Shown: piece after piece, positions 59,282-64,000 of the stretch | Layout of the letters: each line of letters starts with the position of its first letter | Numbering within the stretch: position 1 is the first letter of the stretch | Made by a program: the position numbers and the translations under genes | The notes under the pieces: generated by a model | Database searches by the model: none | The model's input: only the letters and a program-made list of their open reading frames with translations | Told to the model about the DNA's origin: nothing | Source of the DNA: Sphingomonadales bacterium | Lineage (GTDB): Bacteria > Pseudomonadota > Alphaproteobacteria > CAZZKF01 | Direction: 5' to 3' | Length of the DNA: 64,000 nucleotides | NCBI GenBank assembly: GCA_046756385.1 | Contig: JBHHWG010000004.1 | Location: forward strand, 5,938-69,937

Positions 59282-59658
59282 GCGCAGTCAGGCCGATCGA
59301 TCATCTGCAAAAGGCTCGCGCGGCTTGGAGCGAGGCTCTGCCCGACTGGATCGACGCACTCGCCCGCGCGGCCAATGAAAAGGGTCTCAGGGGCGCCTCG
59401 CGGGCCACTGGCGTCAGCAAGGCCGCGATCAGCCAGGTGCTGGCCAATAAATACGGCGCCCGGCTCGACCGGCTGGAGCGCGTCGTGCGTCTCACTCTGC
59501 TGCCCGGCGAGGTCGACTGCCCGGCGTTGGCCACGACGATCGCCACGCCCCAATGCCTGGCGCACCAGCGGCGAGGCACTTCGAGCTTGAATCCGATCCA
59601 TGTGCGGCTCAGCCGCACCTGTCCAACCTGCAACCATAATGAGAGGAACACGTTATGA
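59278..59658 (+). CDS. Hypothetical phage DNA-binding protein with Cys4 motif
   Basis: HTH-like region GLRGASRATGVSKAAISQVL. CPAL...C...CPTC cysteine pairs. Confidence 0.45.
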   Translation: MSAVRPIDHLQKARAAWSEALPDWIDALARAANEKGLRGASRATGVSKAAISQVLANKYGARLDRLERVVRLTLLPGEVDCPALATTIATPQCLAHQRRGTSSLNPIHVRLSRTCPTCNHNERNTL

Positions 59659-59942
59659 TACATCATGACATTAGCCATCTGGCCGCTCATGTCGCTATGC
59701 GCACCAGCGCTCGGCAAGGGCTCAGTCGGGCGGAGGCCGCGGCTTTGCAGCGCAACCTGGTCGACCTTGCGCTACGGGTTCAACTGTTGGAGGCACATGG
59801 CGCACCGGCCGAGCCGTGGAGCGAATTCGTCGCCTTCCCGCCGCCCCAGGCGCCGATGTTGGACCTCGCGCCGACCGGCCGGATCGAGCGGTTCAAGCTG
59901 CTTTTAAAGCGCCTCGGCTCCTCGTTTCAAACCGCATCATAG
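59655..59942 (+). CDS. Hypothetical phage protein
   Basis: Coupled small ORF. Confidence 0.35.
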   Translation: MIHHDISHLAAHVAMRTSARQGLSRAEAAALQRNLVDLALRVQLLEAHGAPAEPWSEFVAFPPPQAPMLDLAPTGRIERFKLLLKRLGSSFQTAS

Positions 59943-59951
59943 GAAGACGCC

Positions 59952-60512
59952 ATGCCCGCAAAACGCCACCGCAAACCAGCAATCGATGTTCCAGAGACCG
60001 TGGAGACTGCACGCAAACTGATCGCGCGCTTGGGCGAGGTCACTCGACGCAAGGGTGAACTCAACGACATGATCGAGCGCAGTGTTCAGGACTTCCGGGA
60101 ACGCCTGGAATGCCCGCTAAGGCCGGACATTTTGGCCCTGACGAGCGAGGCCGAGGCGATCGGCCGGCGTCTGGAGGCCTTCCTGATCGCCAACCGCGCC
60201 GACTTGCTCAAGGGCAAGGCCAAGTCGGTCAAATGGCCCGAAGGCCAGATCGGCTTTCGCACCGGGCAACTGACCGCCCTGTTCGACAAAGCCGACGAGC
60301 CGCTGATCATCGAACGGCTGGAGGCTGCGGCCCTGACCGACTGCATCGCGGTCATCAGGAGAATCGACAAGAAGACGTTGGCCAGAAACTACGACCGGAT
60401 TCCCGAGGGCACGCCGGTCCGCGTTGGCCGCACCGAGCGCTTTTTCGCCGCCCCCACAGCCCATGACGGCGCCGATGAGGAAGTAAATGAAACAGGAGAC
60501 ACACATGCCTAA
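59952..60512 (+). CDS. Host-nuclease inhibitor Gam-family protein
   Basis: 186 aa. Coiled-coil N-terminus, with size and sequence character of Mu Gam. Position in the Mu early region. Confidence 0.7.
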   Translation: MPAKRHRKPAIDVPETVETARKLIARLGEVTRRKGELNDMIERSVQDFRERLECPLRPDILALTSEAEAIGRRLEAFLIANRADLLKGKAKSVKWPEGQIGFRTGQLTALFDKADEPLIIERLEAAALTDCIAVIRRIDKKTLARNYDRIPEGTPVRVGRTERFFAAPTAHDGADEEVNETGDTHA

Positions 60513-60912
60513 GCAACTCATTGAACACGACAACATCGTCGACGCGGCAGCCGCCGTGCTCGTGGGCCGCAAGACCATAGACTATCACTTCAGAAAAGAC
60601 GTGATCGAGCGACTGCGCGAAGCCATGGACCAGTCGTCTACTGCGATCTTTCGCGAGATCGCGGTGACCTACCGAGATATATTGGCCGACACCGCGGCCT
60701 GCAGTGAGGATTCTGAAGGCTGGTTCTCGCACGCACAAGTCGATCTTGGGTTCGTTGCGCTGACGCTCCGCGACCGGCCTGAGGCGGCGCGGGCCTGCCT
60801 GATCGGCGCCGCAGCTGAGATCCTGATCGCTATCGAGATGCTGGATCGAGAACAGCGCGCGGCCAAACAGGCCGCGCACCTGGCGGCGCTGGGAGGCGCG
60901 GTCCATGGCTGA
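60505..60912 (+). CDS. Hypothetical phage protein
   Basis: Coupled ORF. Confidence 0.4.
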   Translation: MPKQLIEHDNIVDAAAAVLVGRKTIDYHFRKDVIERLREAMDQSSTAIFREIAVTYRDILADTAACSEDSEGWFSHAQVDLGFVALTLRDRPEAARACLIGAAAEILIAIEMLDREQRAAKQAAHLAALGGAVHG

Positions 60913-61279
60913 GCGCAAACGCCTGCCCGACCGGCGCCCGTCTGTCAATTCCAAGGCCTGGCTCAGAAATGATCAGGACGAGGAAACTCATAAGCTGCAT
61001 ATTTCGGTTCACTTTGACGCGGCGACCGGGCGACCGGGCCAGGTCGACTTCGACGCCGGTAAAGCCGGCACCGAAATTCAGGCGGCACTACATGAATTTG
61101 CGGCAGTAGTATCGATCGCGCTGCAACACGACGCGACCATGGATGATCTTCTCAAGGCGGTGACGCACGGCGATAAAAACGGCCGGCCGGTGTTCCTGGG
61201 CCTGCCGGCCAAGGCCCTGGCCGAAGCGCATCTGTTGGCCAGTGATACAAACGGCGGGTTGACAGGGACATTTGAGTAG
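60905..61279 (+). CDS. Hypothetical phage protein
   Basis: Coupled ORF. Confidence 0.4.
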   Translation: MAERKRLPDRRPSVNSKAWLRNDQDEETHKLHISVHFDAATGRPGQVDFDAGKAGTEIQAALHEFAAVVSIALQHDATMDDLLKAVTHGDKNGRPVFLGLPAKALAEAHLLASDTNGGLTGTFE

Positions 61280-61331
61280 GTGCGATCATGACATACAAAA
61301 TCGACGTCCAAAACCAGCGAGGCGTGACAGC

Positions 61332-62042
61332 ATGACCATCACACAGCGCCGCAGATCGCTTTATGGAAAGATCGAGATCGCCAAGAAGCAGCTTGGTCTC
61401 GACGACGAGACCTACCGGACGATCCTTCGGGAAAAGTTTGGGGCGACAAGCCGCACCACGCTGCGCGAGCGCGAGCTCGTGGACCTGATCGAACATTTCA
61501 AGGATCGGGGTTTCAAGCCCAGGCGCAAGCCGATGCGGGCGGGAAACCGGGCGCTGGCCGGCGGTGCGCCGCAGGGCAAAATCAGGGCGCTGTGGCTTGA
61601 CCTTTATCATCTCGGCCTGGTCCGCAACCCGTCGGAAGACGCGCTGACGCAATTCGTCAAGCGCCAGACGGGCGCGGACGCCCTGCAATTTCTGACCGGA
61701 GCCAGCGCCGGCCGGGTGATCGAGGCGCTCAAGGACTGGGCGGCGCGCGACGCGGGCGTTAGCTGGGCCGGCTATCGGACGATCGATGGAGCCGGCTTTA
61801 CCGTCCACAAGCCCAAGGGCCGGGTCATGGAGGCGCAATGGCGCATTCTTCACGATCTGGGTGAAGTCAGAATTCGCTCGACCGATGCCCTGTCGGCTTG
61901 GGTCGAGCGGTATCTGAGGTTGCCCGGCAAGAGAAGTCACCGGGATATCAGCCAACAACAGGCCGACCGGGTGATCGAGCATCTCGGCGCCTGGGTTCGA
62001 CGCGCCAGGGCGAACGGCGAGGTCCCAAATGAGCAAGCGTAA
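61332..62042 (+). CDS. Phage regulatory protein GemA-like
   Basis: RRRSLYGKIEIAKKQLGLDDETYRTIL...TSRTTLRERELVDLIEHFK matches the GemA family N-terminus. Confidence 0.65.
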   Translation: MTITQRRRSLYGKIEIAKKQLGLDDETYRTILREKFGATSRTTLRERELVDLIEHFKDRGFKPRRKPMRAGNRALAGGAPQGKIRALWLDLYHLGLVRNPSEDALTQFVKRQTGADALQFLTGASAGRVIEALKDWAARDAGVSWAGYRTIDGAGFTVHKPKGRVMEAQWRILHDLGEVRIRSTDALSAWVERYLRLPGKRSHRDISQQQADRVIEHLGAWVRRARANGEVPNEQA

Positions 62043-62283
62043 GGCCAGGCAAATTCGCTCAGACATCGTGCTGGCGCTCGCGCCCGAAGCTCGTCTTCAA
62101 AACGAGACTTACAGCGCCCTGGGCTTCAGTTTAAAGCCCATGGCTCGGGTGACGTTTCGCTGTGGCATTGCGGTGAGGTTGACCTGGCGTCGCCGTCACG
62201 ACGGCGAGTGCAGCGAGATCCGGCTGACGATAACGACCGATACCGCCGAGACCACCAAAACCATTCTGCAAGAGGCGGGCTGA
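62029..62283 (+). CDS. Hypothetical phage protein
   Basis: Coupled small ORF. Confidence 0.3.
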   Translation: MSKRKARQIRSDIVLALAPEARLQNETYSALGFSLKPMARVTFRCGIAVRLTWRRRHDGECSEIRLTITTDTAETTKTILQEAG

Positions 62284-62534
62284 TGACCGGTGCCGCAAGA
62301 GTCAAGAGTTTGACCGAGGATGCGCTGGAGGTCGGCCTGGCGCATCTGGAGTGGGCTCATTCTGTTGGACAAACCAACTCTGAAATACTCGCGTCACTGG
62401 ACGAAGCCGCGGCCCCTCGCCCAACCGACTTCCATGTCGTCGGACGGATCGCGCTTTGGTATCTGCGCACTTTCTGGATCGTGCAGGACGCCCCGCGCGG
62501 CCGGCCGACGCCGACGCTGGATGCGGTTCTGTGA
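62283..62534 (+). CDS. Hypothetical phage protein
   Basis: Coupled small ORF. The start was chosen at the ATG after the previous stop. Confidence 0.3.
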   Translation: MTGAARVKSLTEDALEVGLAHLEWAHSVGQTNSEILASLDEAAAPRPTDFHVVGRIALWYLRTFWIVQDAPRGRPTPTLDAVL

Positions 62535-62926
62535 GCGTGTCCTACGAGGATCTGCCCGAGCTGGCCCGCGACATGGCCGATCGCCTGGGCCTGGAGGCGA
62601 CGCTGGCGCTTGTTCTTGTGTTTGGAGGCACCTATCTCAGGGTGCCCAAGCGCGCCAATCCCGACGGCGCGATCGCGGCCGCCGTCGGGATCGATGCGGC
62701 TTCAAGACTGAGCCATCATTTTGGCGGCGAGCGTCTGGAAATGCCGCGTGCCGCTGCCGCTCTTACCCGGCACGAGCGCGCCTCGATTTTGGCTCAGGTG
62801 TCTGCCGGCGCGATCACTGTGGGCGGCGCGGCGCGGCAATTGAACTTGACAACCCGCTGGGTTCGCGAGCTTGTTAACAGGCCCCGCCGCGACGATCGCC
62901 AGCAAGACATGTTCGAAAGCCCATAG
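62531..62926 (+). CDS. Mor-family transcriptional activator (middle operon regulator)
   Basis: About 131 aa. LALVLVFGGTYLRVPK and a C-terminal HTH (GAITVGGAARQLNLTTRWVRELV) are typical of Mor/C-family late activators. Confidence 0.6.
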   Translation: MSVSYEDLPELARDMADRLGLEATLALVLVFGGTYLRVPKRANPDGAIAAAVGIDAASRLSHHFGGERLEMPRAAAALTRHERASILAQVSAGAITVGGAARQLNLTTRWVRELVNRPRRDDRQQDMFESP

Positions 62927-62992
62927 GCGAAAGCCCATAGGCGGAAGCCCTTCCGCCCCATCCAAACCGGTCATGGCCGCTACAACTGCGTC

Positions 62993-63472
62993 ATGACACA
63001 AAACACCCCAGAATATTATTTTCCCATGCTGATCGAGATCGATCTGCCACGGGATCGTGCGACCGAGGGCGTGTTGCGCCTTGTTGACGGCAACGACGCG
63101 ACCATGATGTCGGCGCGCTGTCGGGGCAAGGCCGACAGCCGACGCGCTGCGAATGAAGACAACCCTGACCGCGATCCAACGCGACCTTTCGGCGACACCC
63201 CGTCGGGCTTGTATCGCGAGACCGGCGTCCACTGGTTTCCGAAAGAAGCCAACAGCAGGTTGGGTCCGGCGTGGATTCCACTGATCGGCCTCTCGGGCGA
63301 CGCCGAGCGCGCCCACCGCAACGGCCGCACCGGCCTCGGTATCCATGGCGGACGCGGCGATGAGCGTCTGGTGGCCACATATGGCTGCGTGCGCCTGCTT
63401 GATTGTGATTTCGTGCATCTGGCCACCATCATCGCCAACCGGCCGGTCGGCGTGATCATCAGGGACATTTGA
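62993..63472 (+). CDS. L,D-transpeptidase catalytic domain protein (probable phage endolysin-type)
   Basis: YkuD motif: LGIHGG...TYGCVRL has the catalytic His and Cys. Followed by a holin-like gene. Confidence 0.6.
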   Translation: MTQNTPEYYFPMLIEIDLPRDRATEGVLRLVDGNDATMMSARCRGKADSRRAANEDNPDRDPTRPFGDTPSGLYRETGVHWFPKEANSRLGPAWIPLIGLSGDAERAHRNGRTGLGIHGGRGDERLVATYGCVRLLDCDFVHLATIIANRPVGVIIRDI

Positions 63473-63479
63473 GGCCGTC

Positions 63480-63707
63480 ATGAACGACAGAAAATCGGTT
63501 CTTCGCTCTCGGACATTCTGGGGCGCGGTGGTGGCGATCGCCGCCTCGCTGCTACAGGGCTTCGACATCACAATCGGCGCGGCCGAACAGGCGGCGCTGG
63601 TCAATCTGATCGTAACCGTCGCCGGCTGCGCCGGTGGGCTGGTGGCGATCTACGGGCGCGTCAAAGCCAGGACGCGCATTTCGACAAAAAAGAAGGAGGC
63701 ACCATGA
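63480..63707 (+). CDS. Small membrane protein, holin-like
   Basis: 75 aa with two predicted TM helices and a charged C-terminus. Coupled (ATGA) to the next gene. Confidence 0.4.
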   Translation: MNDRKSVLRSRTFWGAVVAIAASLLQGFDITIGAAEQAALVNLIVTVAGCAGGLVAIYGRVKARTRISTKKKEAP

Positions 63708-64000
63708 ATGTGATTGCCAGAACGTTTCTGGCGCTGGCGGTAGTTACGCTTGGCGCCTGCGCCTTGACCGGCGCGCCGGTCGACACCCCGGCCAAGAAGC
63801 TGGCGGCGGCAAAGACCGGCTACACGGCGGTTCTAAACGCCGCGACCCAGGCCGCCAAAACCGGCCTGTTGTCTGACCGCGCGGTCATCAAGATCGAGGC
63901 GTCGCGCATCGCCGCGCGGGCTGCGATCGATACCGCCGAGCGCTATCTCGGCGATAGGCCAGACAACGCCTTCGCATACATCGACCAGGCTTTGACGCTG
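63704..64000 (+). CDS. Lipoprotein, possible spanin; 3' end lies outside the window
   Basis: Lipobox LAVVTLGAC. The 3' end is truncated by the window edge. Confidence 0.4.
   Translation, partial: MNVIARTFLALAVVTLGACALTGAPVDTPAKKLAAAKTGYTAVLNAATQAAKTGLLSDRAVIKIEASRIAARAAIDTAERYLGDRPDNAFAYIDQALTL

Larger units (their letters stand above)
53200..64000. mobile_element. Mu-like transposable prophage (left end and early / middle / lysis region; continues beyond the window)
   Basis: The gene set is a leftward CI/LexA-type repressor, rightward Ner, MuA-like DDE transposase, MuB-like AAA+ ATPase, Gam, GemA, Mor, then an L,D-transpeptidase / holin. GC content drops in the first ~1.5 kb. Confidence 0.75.

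Noticed and set aside
1-64000. CRISPR arrays and rRNA genes
   Set aside because: No regularly spaced direct repeats of 25-40 bp with unique spacers and no rRNA-like conserved stretches were seen. The only phased repeats are the 10-bp GGGATAT triplet at the prophage end.

Overview
This is a high-GC window that looks like an alphaproteobacterial chromosome. I could not run any searches, so every functional call below comes from motifs I recognised in the translations and from gene context.

From left to right:
- 1-6.3 kb: a co-directional fatty-acid / beta-oxidation-like operon. It encodes an OYE-type flavin reductase C-terminus, an SDR, a MarR regulator, an enoyl-CoA hydratase, an acyl-CoA dehydrogenase, a hotdog thioesterase, an acyl-CoA synthetase and an AhpD/CMD-like protein.
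- 6.6-15.2 kb: the most interesting locus. Two tandem, paralogous 90-aa small ORFs sit in a GC-poor pocket. Next to them is an operon encoding a radical-SAM/SPASM enzyme with an N-terminal PqqD-like RRE, a fused ABC exporter and a minimal ~227-aa subtilisin-like S8 protease. A flavin monooxygenase lies nearby, with a tungstate-type ABC importer in between. The gene set mirrors the QhpD/F/E/G maturation machinery of the quinohemoprotein amine dehydrogenase gamma subunit, but no dehydrogenase alpha or beta subunit is in the window. I interpret it as a candidate orphan, crosslinked (thioether and possibly tryptophylquinone) RiPP-like system with duplicated precursors.
- 15.4-22.6 kb: a periplasmic protein plus sensor histidine kinase, a DUF2231-like membrane protein with a His-rich tail, a PEP-CTERM protein and a TetR regulator.
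- 22.6-25.4 kb: mtnA and mtnB, then a C13-like peptidase.
- 26.1-27.4 kb: a reductive-dehalogenase-family (cobalamin / 2x[4Fe-4S]) homolog.
- 28.3-31.1 kb: two tandem globin-coupled-sensor MCPs.
- 31.2-37.3 kb: a UbiX/TetR/UbiD decarboxylase module and a TonB-dependent receptor.
- 37.4-40.8 kb: two tandem TPR-methyltransferase paralogs.
- 41.1-48.4 kb: tRNA-Arg(TCG), a truncated NnrS-like ORF, an S9 peptidase, a TPR / sulfotransferase pair with an apparent frameshift, a TPR-AspH hydroxylase and a frameshifted receiver domain.
- 48.6-53.2 kb: an aryl-CoA ligase and a second TonB-dependent receptor.
- ~53.2 kb to the window end: the left part of a Mu-like transposable prophage. It carries a CI/LexA-type repressor, Ner, MuA, MuB, Gam, GemA, Mor and an L,D-transpeptidase / holin lysis region.

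I saw no rRNA genes and no CRISPR arrays.
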